From Polyangiales bacterium (GTDB lineage Bacteria; Myxococcota_A; Polyangia; Polyangiales; Houyiibacteriaceae): a stretch of 15,023 bases of DNA. This document shows, one piece after another, positions 1-7,334 of this stretch; the first letter of the stretch is position 1, and every line of letters begins with the position of its first letter. Made by a program: the position numbers and the translations under genes. The stretch lies in the NCBI GenBank assembly GCA_045106895.1, contig JBGCFM010000191.1:1-15023 (forward strand), written 5' to 3'. Under the pieces are notes generated by a model that was not told the origin of the DNA, did not search any database, and saw nothing but the letters and a program-made list of their open reading frames with translations.

Positions 1-2
1 AG

Positions 3-1664
3 AACCTGCCGGCACTCCGTGACGAAGGAAGCCAAGACTTCATGGATATCGGTGCGATCGTGGACGCGCCGGCGAGGCTCCAGGCCGCCTTCGAACTCAA
101 CACCCCCGTCACGCTCCACGGCCTCGCCCATCACCTCAACCCCGCCTGGGGTCCCTACGCCCCCTCGCCGTTCTTTCGCGACGAAGGCCCCGTCATGGTC
201 CTCGTCACCGACGGCATGGGCGACGACGCCGCCATCTCAAGCTACCTTGCGAGAGGCGGCGAACATGGAGAGATGCGCCGCGTTGGTCAGCCCAAGAGCC
301 TCTTCGACTCGCTGGGCCTTGTCTACCAAGTGCTCAGCTCGACGCAGGGCGGCTGGACTCCTCTCTCCAGCGAAGGTCGCTACATGGGCGCTGCGGCCTG
401 GGGCGATGGGGATCGCGAAACGAACCCGTACTACGAAGCGCTTCGTCCACTGCTTATCCTCGGCGCGAAGGGTGAAGTCCGCGTCAACCGTGACTACGCG
501 AACTGGCAAAACGATCCGGCACGTCCATACACCGACGAACTCACGCGTGTGCTTGGCCCGCCAATCCCGCGGGACAAACTCTGGAATCCCGACGCTGTTC
601 TGAGCGTCGACGGCATCCTTGCGGAGGAGCACCTGGACCAAGCGCGTCTGGACCGCGCCGCAGCGGTTCAGCTCGTCTTCGAAGACGCCGTCGTCCATCT
701 CGTGGCGCACCTTCTCGAGGAGTCCGGCAGCGACAAGCTCGTCTGGACCGGCGGAAGCGCGCTCAACTGCACGGCGAGCGCGCGCTTGCTCGATGTGTTC
801 GAGGGCCTGCATCTGTGGGTACCGCCCTTCCCCGGTGACGCCGGGGTCGCGGCGGGCGCGGCGATTCACCTCGCCCTGAGCTGCGGCGTTCCTCTAGACG
901 TGGACCCCCTCACCCACGCATTCTTTTGCGGAGCGCCGCCACGCGCCCGCGAGGTTGTTGAGGTACTCGAGGGCATGGGCGATTCCCTCGGCAGCCGGCT
1001 CCTCGGCAATGTCTGCCTGCCCGAGCAGCGAGACGCCATCGCGGATCAGGTCGCATTTCTTCTCAGCAAGGACGCGGTCCTCGCCCTCTACCAAGGCGCC
1101 GCCGAGACCGGCCCGCGCGCCCTGGGGCACCGCAGCATCCTCGCCAACCCCACCAACCCCAAGACCCTCGAAGTGCTCAACGCGCGCGTCAAACGACGCG
1201 AGCGCGTACGTCCGCTGGCGCCTATGGTCACGCGGGAGAGCGCTGAGCGCTATTTTGAGCTCGCCGAAGGCGCCAAGGGCGATGACTACAACGCCTACCG
1301 CTACATGGTGCTCACGGCGCGAGCGAAAGCCGAGACGAAACGCCGCGCGCCGGCCATCGTTCACGTGGACGGCACCTCACGCATTCAGATCGTCCGCTCC
1401 GAGAGCGACCCTCTCTGCCATGCCATACTCAAAGCCATGGGCCGGCACGTGGGCGTGGAGATCATGGTGAACACTTCGATGAACGTGAGCAGCCCCATCG
1501 TTCAAACGCCGGCCCAAGCAGCAGACCTGCTCCACCGTGCCCGCGGCATGCACGGGGCTGTCTGGGTCGACGACGAGGGACAAGCGCGCCTCGTCTGGCG
1601 CAAAGACAGCCCGGAGGCCGAAGAGCTCAACGCGTGGTCTCGCGCGTGGCAGGAGCGCGAGTAG
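3..1664 (+). CDS. Carbamoyltransferase, NodU/CmcH/TobZ family (5'-truncated by window edge)
   Basis: Frame is open from position 3 (NLPALRDEGSQDF precedes ATG 42), so the true start is probably upstream. Kae1-like motifs HHLNPAWGPYAPSPF, VLVTDGMGD, EGRYMGAAAWG, TGGSALNC, PGDAGVAAGAA. C-terminal motifs ETGPRALGHRSILANP, KRRERVRPLAP, HVDGTSRIQ, NTSMN. Confidence 0.93.
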   Translation, partial: NLPALRDEGSQDFMDIGAIVDAPARLQAAFELNTPVTLHGLAHHLNPAWGPYAPSPFFRDEGPVMVLVTDGMGDDAAISSYLARGGEHGEMRRVGQPKSLFDSLGLVYQVLSSTQGGWTPLSSEGRYMGAAAWGDGDRETNPYYEALRPLLILGAKGEVRVNRDYANWQNDPARPYTDELTRVLGPPIPRDKLWNPDAVLSVDGILAEEHLDQARLDRAAAVQLVFEDAVVHLVAHLLEESGSDKLVWTGGSALNCTASARLLDVFEGLHLWVPPFPGDAGVAAGAAIHLALSCGVPLDVDPLTHAFFCGAPPRAREVVEVLEGMGDSLGSRLLGNVCLPEQRDAIADQVAFLLSKDAVLALYQGAAETGPRALGHRSILANPTNPKTLEVLNARVKRRERVRPLAPMVTRESAERYFELAEGAKGDDYNAYRYMVLTARAKAETKRRAPAIVHVDGTSRIQIVRSESDPLCHAILKAMGRHVGVEIMVNTSMNVSSPIVQTPAQAADLLHRARGMHGAVWVDDEGQARLVWRKDSPEAEELNAWSRAWQERE

Positions 1665-1666
1665 CG

Positions 1667-2731
1667 ATGTTCCCCCAAGGCACACACTGGTACGTCGCCT
1701 GCCTCTCGCGACAGCTCAAGAGCGAGCCCCTCGCGCGGGTCATGCTGAGCCAGCCCTTCGTGCTCTACCGCGACGCTGAGGGAATCGCACATGCCCTCGC
1801 CGATCGCTGCCCTCACCGGCACGCGCCGCTCTCTGGAGGCCGCGTCATTGGCGGCATGATCGAGTGTCCCTACCACGGCTGGCGCTTTGACGGCGAAGGC
1901 CGCTGCCAAGCCATCCCTGGGAGCGACCGACCCACGGACAAACCGAACCGCCGCGTCCCTTCCCTGCCCATCCGCGAACAAGACGGTCTCGTCTGGATCT
2001 CCCTGCGTTCCAACCATGCCGATGCCGAAGGCGAAGGCGCGCTTCATTCCGTGGATTCACTTCTCGGCCAGGCCGGCCCCGAGCACTTCCCGCGCCTCCA
2101 CGACGCGCGCTACACCTCGTTCCTCGGCGACGACATCCTCGAAGGCTCGCTCTTTGACGTCGTGGAGAACTTCCTCGACCCGACGCACACGCACTTCGTC
2201 CACAACCGCCTCGTTCGCTTCGAGAGCAAGCGGCGCAAGACCCGCGTCGACATCACCGCTACCCGCGACGGAGTGAGCGCGGACTACGTCGACGAAGACG
2301 CGCAGTCAGGTCTCATCGCCCGCGTCCTCGGTCGTGACATCGATCGGACCCGCGGCCGCTTCAAGCTCCCGAGCGCGGCGGACCTCGACTACCTCCAGGG
2401 CGAGCACGTCAAACTGCAGATTGCTCTCCGCTTCACGCCCATCGACGAGCGCCAAGTGCGCGCCTTCGCCATCGTGATGGGCGAAGCGCCGCGATTTGTC
2501 GGTCCGCTCAAGCCGCTCCTGGCGCTCATCGTACGACGCCTCTTTGGCGTGGTCTTTGGCCAAGACCGCCGCATCCTTCATCAGCGCCAAGCCAACGTCG
2601 ATCGCCACAGCGATACCCCGGCCTATGCCTTCAGCGATATCGACCTCCTCGGCCCCTACATCCTGCGCCTGCTCCGTCACGGTACGCAGGAGAACGTCCC
2701 CGCGCCACGACGCGTCGACGTCTGGCTGTAG
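1667..2731 (+). CDS. Rieske [2Fe-2S] non-heme iron oxygenase alpha subunit (VanA-like)
   Basis: Rieske ligands DRCPHR...ECPYHGW, mononuclear Fe motif ENFLDPTHTHFVH and C-terminal QDRRIL. ATG 1667 lies 2 nt after the upstream TAG, with AGGAG at 1651-1655; preferred over GTG 1634. Confidence 0.93.
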   Translation: MFPQGTHWYVACLSRQLKSEPLARVMLSQPFVLYRDAEGIAHALADRCPHRHAPLSGGRVIGGMIECPYHGWRFDGEGRCQAIPGSDRPTDKPNRRVPSLPIREQDGLVWISLRSNHADAEGEGALHSVDSLLGQAGPEHFPRLHDARYTSFLGDDILEGSLFDVVENFLDPTHTHFVHNRLVRFESKRRKTRVDITATRDGVSADYVDEDAQSGLIARVLGRDIDRTRGRFKLPSAADLDYLQGEHVKLQIALRFTPIDERQVRAFAIVMGEAPRFVGPLKPLLALIVRRLFGVVFGQDRRILHQRQANVDRHSDTPAYAFSDIDLLGPYILRLLRHGTQENVPAPRRVDVWL

Positions 2732-2822
2732 CGCCGAATAGGACGGGCCAACTCCTCTGAACGGAGTTCGCGAGCGACTCGCTCTTGACGCTTTGCTTTC
2801 CATCGCGTCCCATCTACTTGTG

Positions 2823-4136
2823 GTGTTCACGCGTTTTCTCCTCCTCATGTCCTTCTCGATGCTGGTCGGCTGCGGTTCCGAGAGCCCCGACCCGCCTGCG
2901 CAGGAGCCCGAAGCGGAGACGCCGGCGGAGCGTGAAGTCGAAGAGCCTACGCTTGATGAGACCGAAACGAGCTACCAAAACCGCCCCACGGAAGCGCCGG
3001 TGCTGGTCAGCGCAAGCGACCAGCGGACAGCGCTGCGAAGTGCGCGACTTGCGACGCAAGAAGAGCGATACGAAGAAGCCTTCGCGCTCTTCGATCAGCT
3101 ACTTCACTCCGCCCCACGCGCACGCCAAGTGTGGTGCGAGGCCGGTTTTGACCTGCACAAGAGCGGAAACAATGAGCGTGCTGCGCGCTTCTTGGACCAC
3201 GGACTTGCGCTCTACCCACGAGGCTCCGCCCTCGAGGAGACGAGGCTCCCGCTCGCGACGTGTTTGTACAACCGAGGTCTGGTTCACCAAGCCCGCGAAG
3301 AAATAGGCGCGGCGCGTCAGCGCTTTCGGGAGTCCATCGCGCTCCGGCCAAGCGAGGTCGTGCAGTCGGCCCTCGACGCGCTGCCCGAGGCCGGACCCGT
3401 AACATCGCGCTTCTTCGCGGCGGAAAGTCCCGCGGCGTTCCGCCTCGCTCTCTCGCAAGCCTACGCCGGGTTCAACAACTTCAACGCGCATCGCTCAGCC
3501 TTGCCCGCCGACGTTCAGTTGCTCGGAGAAGTCGACGTCGACGGAGTATTGACCGAGGTGCTGAGCGTCTGGACGCACTCCTATCCGCTGGCGGAGGAGT
3601 ACCTTGTCGCTGCCTTCGCCGTCGAAGGAGGCTTCCGGATCACAGCCTTCGAAGTCGCGACGCGCGATGAAACCAACCATCAACACGAAGGGAACTCGGT
3701 GGTCAGCGCTCTCGGCAGCGCCGAAGCGCTGCACGGTCTCCTCCATGCAGACGTCAACATCCTCCGCTCCGAGCGCTTCGCCGAAGAACACACGGAGGAC
3801 GAGGGGTTCTGTTTCGTTACGATGAAGGAACCTACCCTGCGGACGAGTTACAGCCTGCTCTGTGACGTGACGAGCTTTGAGTGTGCGCTCCTGCCCAAAT
3901 CGGAAGCCGTCTTGTCCGCCGGGAGCGTCGAGGCCGATGATTGCGAGGGGATGCCCGGCGTCGCTGCCTTGCGCCCAAGCGCCTCCCCCTCGCCCTGGGC
4001 CTTGCGTATGACCGTCGAGAGCGCGACGCAGGTTCGCTTTGTCCAAGAATCCGGGACCGCTTTTCCGGTCCCGACGGAGCAATCGGTACCGTGGCGGGGA
4101 CACTCCGAGATTCTCCCGGTGTCATTCCACCGCTAA
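2823..4136 (+). CDS. Putative lipoprotein with TPR repeats
   Basis: GTG 2823 gives MFTRFLLLMSFSMLVGC (lipobox LVGC), then an acidic Pro/Glu linker and TPR-like helices (YEEAFALFDQLL; WCEAGF...AARFLDHGLAL; LYNRGLVH...ARQRFRESIALRP). C-terminal half not recognised. Start uncertain (2793-2847). Confidence 0.75.
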   Translation: MFTRFLLLMSFSMLVGCGSESPDPPAQEPEAETPAEREVEEPTLDETETSYQNRPTEAPVLVSASDQRTALRSARLATQEERYEEAFALFDQLLHSAPRARQVWCEAGFDLHKSGNNERAARFLDHGLALYPRGSALEETRLPLATCLYNRGLVHQAREEIGAARQRFRESIALRPSEVVQSALDALPEAGPVTSRFFAAESPAAFRLALSQAYAGFNNFNAHRSALPADVQLLGEVDVDGVLTEVLSVWTHSYPLAEEYLVAAFAVEGGFRITAFEVATRDETNHQHEGNSVVSALGSAEALHGLLHADVNILRSERFAEEHTEDEGFCFVTMKEPTLRTSYSLLCDVTSFECALLPKSEAVLSAGSVEADDCEGMPGVAALRPSASPSPWALRMTVESATQVRFVQESGTAFPVPTEQSVPWRGHSEILPVSFHR

Positions 4137-4180
4137 GGTGGGCCGCCACGTTCGTCAAAACCGTGCAAATGAGCGCCCTT

Positions 4181-4215
4181 AAAAACAAACGGCGTCCTCG
4201 TTTCCGAGGACGCCG
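4181..4215 (-). terminator. Rho-independent terminator of the tRNA gene
   Basis: Minus strand reads CGGCGTCCTCG-GAAA-CGAGGACGCCG-TTTGTTTTT: perfect 11-bp stem, GNRA loop and U-rich tail, starting 2 nt after the tRNA CCA. Confidence 0.9.
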
Positions 4216-4217
4216 CT

Positions 4218-4294
4218 TGGTGGCGATGGCTGGAGTCGAACCAGCGACCTAGCGCGTATGAAACGCCCGCTCTAGCCACCTGAGCTACATCGCC
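4218..4294 (-). tRNA. tRNA-Met (anticodon CAT), probably elongator
   Basis: Reverse complement folds as GGCGATG TA GCTC AGGTGGCTA GAGC G GGCGT TTCATAC GCGCT AGGTC GCTGG TTCGACT CCAGC CATCGCC ACCA (77 nt, encoded CCA). G1-C72 pair and no GGG/CCC run in the anticodon stem argue against initiator. Ile2 less likely but not excluded. Confidence 0.95.
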
Positions 4295-4299
4295 AAAGA

Positions 4300-4334
4300 G
4301 CGCGCCACCATAACCAGTTCGGCCATTCTGTCAA
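4300..4334 (-). promoter_or_regulatory. Sigma70-type tRNA promoter with GC-rich discriminator
   Basis: Minus strand: TTGACA (4334-4329), 16-nt spacer, TATGGT (4312-4307), then GGCGCGC just ahead of the tRNA 5' end. Confidence 0.75.
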
Positions 4335-4338
4335 ACAC

Positions 4339-5241
4339 TCAGTATCGACCATCCCGAGTCCACTTGGATGGAGCGTTTTTTGGCCCTCTGCGGGGCGCGT
4401 GGCCGACAGTCCGGTGAAGAACCCGAATCGCTCGCTGACGGCTCCCAGCGTAGGGCCGGAGGAGCTCGAGCATGCGTTCGTCGTCCCCGCGCTCCTCTCG
4501 CGCCAGGCCCCAGGCCACGAGGTTGGGCAGGTGGTAGTCACCGACCTGGACCGCGTCGCCATCGCCGAACTCCCCGCGGATGCAGCCCGTGGTCCAAACG
4601 CCGATGCCAGGGAGCTTCTGCAGGCGCACTTCCATCTCATCGAAAGGGAGCTCTCGGCAGTCTTCGAGGTATTTGTGCCGCTTGCCGAGCATCTGCATCG
4701 TGATGGCGCGCTTCCGTTCGACGCCGAAGCGATGAAGCTCGTAGTAAGGGATTTGCGCCAGCGCGCGGCCACGCGGCGGGAGCATCAGGTCGAAGGGGCC
4801 CGGCGCCACCTCGCCGTGCGCTTGGACGAGCTGCCGATAACCAGCGTTCGCCTCGCGCGAGGTCACGCGCTGTCCAAAGACCACGCGTAGCGCCACGTCG
4901 GCCAAAGAGAGCGCGCGCGTCATGGGCGCGCCACCGCCACGTTGGACGGCGCGCTCCAGCGGCGTGCCCTCCGCCCAGGTGCCGTCGTCGGTATCGCCAA
5001 GGAGAGCGTCTGCGTGAGCCAGCGCGTAGTCGGCGCCCTCGCCATAAGCCGTGACGCGGATGGCGCTAGACACAGGTTCGAAGCAAAGCGTCGCCGGGCC
5101 TTCTGGCGTCCAGCTCGCGTGAAGAAGGCGACCTCCGTCACGCTGTGTCGTGGGGTCTCCCGTACCGAGGAAGGGAAACGGAACGTTCGCGAGGAGCGCC
5201 GGGTCACGCTTCACCTGAAGAGTCTGGGCGGCCTCGGGCAT
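4339..5241 (-). CDS. AlkA-like DNA-3-methyladenine glycosylase family protein (HhH-GPD)
   Basis: HhH motif LQKLPGIGVWT followed by VGDYHL (catalytic Asp region); also VFGQRVT and LLRPYAGSR. 300 aa. Confidence 0.88.
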   Translation of the reverse strand: MPEAAQTLQVKRDPALLANVPFPFLGTGDPTTQRDGGRLLHASWTPEGPATLCFEPVSSAIRVTAYGEGADYALAHADALLGDTDDGTWAEGTPLERAVQRGGGAPMTRALSLADVALRVVFGQRVTSREANAGYRQLVQAHGEVAPGPFDLMLPPRGRALAQIPYYELHRFGVERKRAITMQMLGKRHKYLEDCRELPFDEMEVRLQKLPGIGVWTTGCIRGEFGDGDAVQVGDYHLPNLVAWGLAREERGDDERMLELLRPYAGSRQRAIRVLHRTVGHAPRRGPKNAPSKWTRDGRY

Positions 5242-5369
5242 CGCCTCAGTTTAGCGCCTTTCGCAGTGGCGCACCTCCTGCGCGCCAAGACTGGGGGCGC
5301 AGCGGCTCACCTGTGCGGCATATTCACAGGGTGTCCGTGCGCGGCTCACCGTTGTCAGGTGTTTTTCCA

Positions 5370-5385
5370 TGGCACAGGCATTGCT
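5370..5385 (+). promoter_or_regulatory. Sigma54 (RpoN) -24/-12 promoter
   Basis: TGGCAC-AGGCA-TTGCT matches TGGCAC-N5-TTGCW with exact GG-N10-GC spacing. It is intergenic and correctly oriented, ending 12 nt before ATG 5398. Confidence 0.8.
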
Positions 5386-5397
5386 CTGTACCGAACC

Positions 5398-6105
5398 ATG
5401 GACCTCAGATTGCGCTCCGCCGCCTGCCTCGCTGCGCTCATGCTCACCGCCTGTTCGCCCCATGCGTTCTCCCCGCCGGGCCGAACCTTGCCGCTTGAGA
5501 GCGCGGCCGCCGTCGGCGCGGGAAACACCGGCGTTCAGGTGGAGGGGGGAATCAGCACAGAGATCCTCGGACCTGGCGTTGTCCATGGAACGGCTCGCGT
5601 TCGCCACGGCGTGGGTGATCACACGGACCTCAACGTCGAAGGCAACTTCGCATACTACGTCGACGGCGACGACCAGATCGAAGCGCACCGCGGCATCTAC
5701 TCGGGACGCCTGGGCATCAAGCATGCGTTCGGCGAACACTTCGCACTCACCGGCGGCATCGCCGCAGGCGGCTCAGCGGGGGGCGGCTTCCTCAGTCCCG
5801 ACCTTGGGTTCATCGCGGGGTTTGAAAACCCGTACGTTGTTCCGTTTGTGTCCGGCCGCCTCGTTCTAAGTCAGCCCATCGCGGCGCGCGAAGTCGCCTT
5901 CGTCGACGACGGCGTCGCGTTCATGCAGGCGCCGCAGTTCACCTACGGCTACGCCATCACCACCGGATTGCGAATCCCCGTGGGACCCCTCGCAAAGCCG
6001 CTTCGCCCCGCGATCCTCGTCGGCTTCGGCATCACTCAGATCTTCGACGGAGAAGAGGACACCGGGTTCATGGGCGGCAACATCGGCTTCGAGCTCACGC
6101 TCTAG
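5398..6105 (+). CDS. Hypothetical lipoprotein with outer-membrane beta-barrel-like pattern
   Basis: ATG 5398 gives MDLRLRSAACLAALMLTAC (lipobox LTAC). Mature region is Gly-rich with alternating amphipathic strands and ends GNIGFELTL. The longer ORF call from 4942 overlaps the glycosylase antisense and is not accepted. Confidence 0.75.
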   Translation: MDLRLRSAACLAALMLTACSPHAFSPPGRTLPLESAAAVGAGNTGVQVEGGISTEILGPGVVHGTARVRHGVGDHTDLNVEGNFAYYVDGDDQIEAHRGIYSGRLGIKHAFGEHFALTGGIAAGGSAGGGFLSPDLGFIAGFENPYVVPFVSGRLVLSQPIAAREVAFVDDGVAFMQAPQFTYGYAITTGLRIPVGPLAKPLRPAILVGFGITQIFDGEEDTGFMGGNIGFELTL

Positions 6106-6143
6106 AAGATGGGGACGAGCTCACGCTCTAGAAGATGGGGACG
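6090..6143 (+). repeat. Perfect 26-bp tandem duplication
   Basis: CGAGCTCACGCTCTAGAAGATGGGGA at 6090-6115 and 6116-6141, plus CG. The unit spans the stop codon of the upstream gene. Confidence 0.97.
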
Positions 6144-6222
6144 GAGTCATGACTATGAGGGTATGATGAGCTTTCGAACCCTGGCTCAAATGGTCATCAT
6201 AACGTCATAGTCATGACTCCGT
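6141..6222. repeat. 82-bp imperfect palindrome with perfect 18-bp terminal inverted repeats
   Basis: ACGGAGTCATGACTATGA (6141-6158) is the exact reverse complement of 6205-6222. Pairing continues without bulges to the centre (34 of 40 positions by hand count). Confidence 0.93.
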
Positions 6223-6888
6223 TTTCAGCTCTTCAGGGATCAGCCCGGCGTCGGTGAAGGTCTTGGTGACACCCGCGATGATTGGTTCCGCCATCGGCGT
6301 GTTCGCGAGCATGAGGAGTGGCGTCAGCTGCTGAGCGACGCTGCCGATGAGGGCGTCCGTAGCCGCCTGGCCTTCGCTCTCGTCGTGGACGAGGTAGAGC
6401 ATGACGCCAAGATGAGCGACCCACAGCAGGACACTGATCGCGCGGCGATGAGGTCCAAGTTCGAGCTCACCAAGAGCGCGGTCGAAGAGCGATATGGAGC
6501 GCTCACGAATGTCGCGAGTCTCGGGAGCAAACGCCGAAAGCTGATCGCCCGGTGTGACCACGGCGGCGGCGATATGTCCCAGGAGCTGACGGTCACCACG
6601 CACCAAATCAACCTTCGCCCGGACCAAGTTCGCGAGCCGCGCTGCGACGTCGTTGCCCGATTCCTCGAAGACTTCGTCAACAAGCGCCTCGTGATCTTCC
6701 TGGCTTCGATTGTAGTAGTCGAAGACGATGGCGACCTTGCTTGAGTAGTAGTGGTACGCGCTGCCCAGAGAGATTTTCGCGGCTTTGGCGATGCCGCGCA
6801 TGGTCGTCGCTTCGAAACCGCGCTCGCGGAACAAGTTCATGGCGGTCTCGTAGATGAGCTCCTTCTTCTTTGCGCCGTCGCTCCGCAT
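6211..6888 (-). CDS. TetR/AcrR family transcriptional regulator
   Basis: N-terminal HTH IYETAMNLFRERGFEATTMRGIAKAAKISLGSAYHYYSSK. ATG 6888 (MRSDGAKKK) avoids overlap with the upstream gene. Confidence 0.95.
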   Translation of the reverse strand: MRSDGAKKKELIYETAMNLFRERGFEATTMRGIAKAAKISLGSAYHYYSSKVAIVFDYYNRSQEDHEALVDEVFEESGNDVAARLANLVRAKVDLVRGDRQLLGHIAAAVVTPGDQLSAFAPETRDIRERSISLFDRALGELELGPHRRAISVLLWVAHLGVMLYLVHDESEGQAATDALIGSVAQQLTPLLMLANTPMAEPIIAGVTKTFTDAGLIPEELKTES

Positions 6889-6929
6889 ACGTGTCGCCCT
6901 AGACGCCTCTGCGCCTGTCGTCAACACCG

Positions 6930-7334
6930 TCAACGGTACACACCGGCGGGGGAACAAGCGCCGTCGCAGCGATGACCGAGGAGCCTGGAGATGCGGCCTC
7001 GCTTTGCGCTCAGGGTGGCGAAGAAGAACATCGCCAAAGGCGCGAGGACGTCACTGCTGAGCGCCGTGGCCAACAAGCGCCCTCCGCGCAGTGCCCAAAG
7101 GCAGAGAAGAAACGCGGCGGGTCCTGCCCAGAATCGGCCGTCGTCGTGGACGATCACCAGCTCATGGCCGAGCCAAGGGATGTTCACTCGCTCTCGCGCC
7201 TCGCGGCTATCCGACGGAACCACGCGGAGCGGGAGGTGCGTCCGCCGCCGCCCCAGCCAGTCCGCGCAGGACTGGCAGAAGGGGCAGTGAGCGTCGAAGT
7301 AGACGCTCAGTCCAGCTACCGGACGGGCTGCCAT
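6930..7334 (-). CDS. DCC-family (DUF393) thiol-disulfide oxidoreductase-like protein
   Basis: VYFDAHCPFC (DxxCxxC) near the N-terminus and DDGRFWAGPAAFLLCLWAL. 134 aa. Confidence 0.88.
   Translation of the reverse strand: MAARPVAGLSVYFDAHCPFCQSCADWLGRRRTHLPLRVVPSDSREARERVNIPWLGHELVIVHDDGRFWAGPAAFLLCLWALRGGRLLATALSSDVLAPLAMFFFATLSAKRGRISRLLGHRCDGACSPAGVYR

Noticed and set aside
3..2731. Saxitoxin or Nod-factor cluster
   Set aside because: Only enzyme-family similarity; no other sxt or nod genes are in the window.
4218..4294. tRNA as an island or prophage integration site
   Set aside because: No repeat of the tRNA 3' end and no integrase seen; the terminator follows the CCA directly.
4942..5397. 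N-terminal extension of the 4942-6105 ORF
   Set aside because: It overlaps the glycosylase antisense and crosses the promoter region; the signal peptide starts at 5398.
6090..6222. CRISPR mini-array or integron attC
   Set aside because: The 26-bp copies are adjacent with no spacer and there are no cas genes. The palindrome lacks RYYYAAC/GTTRRRY ends and extrahelical bases.
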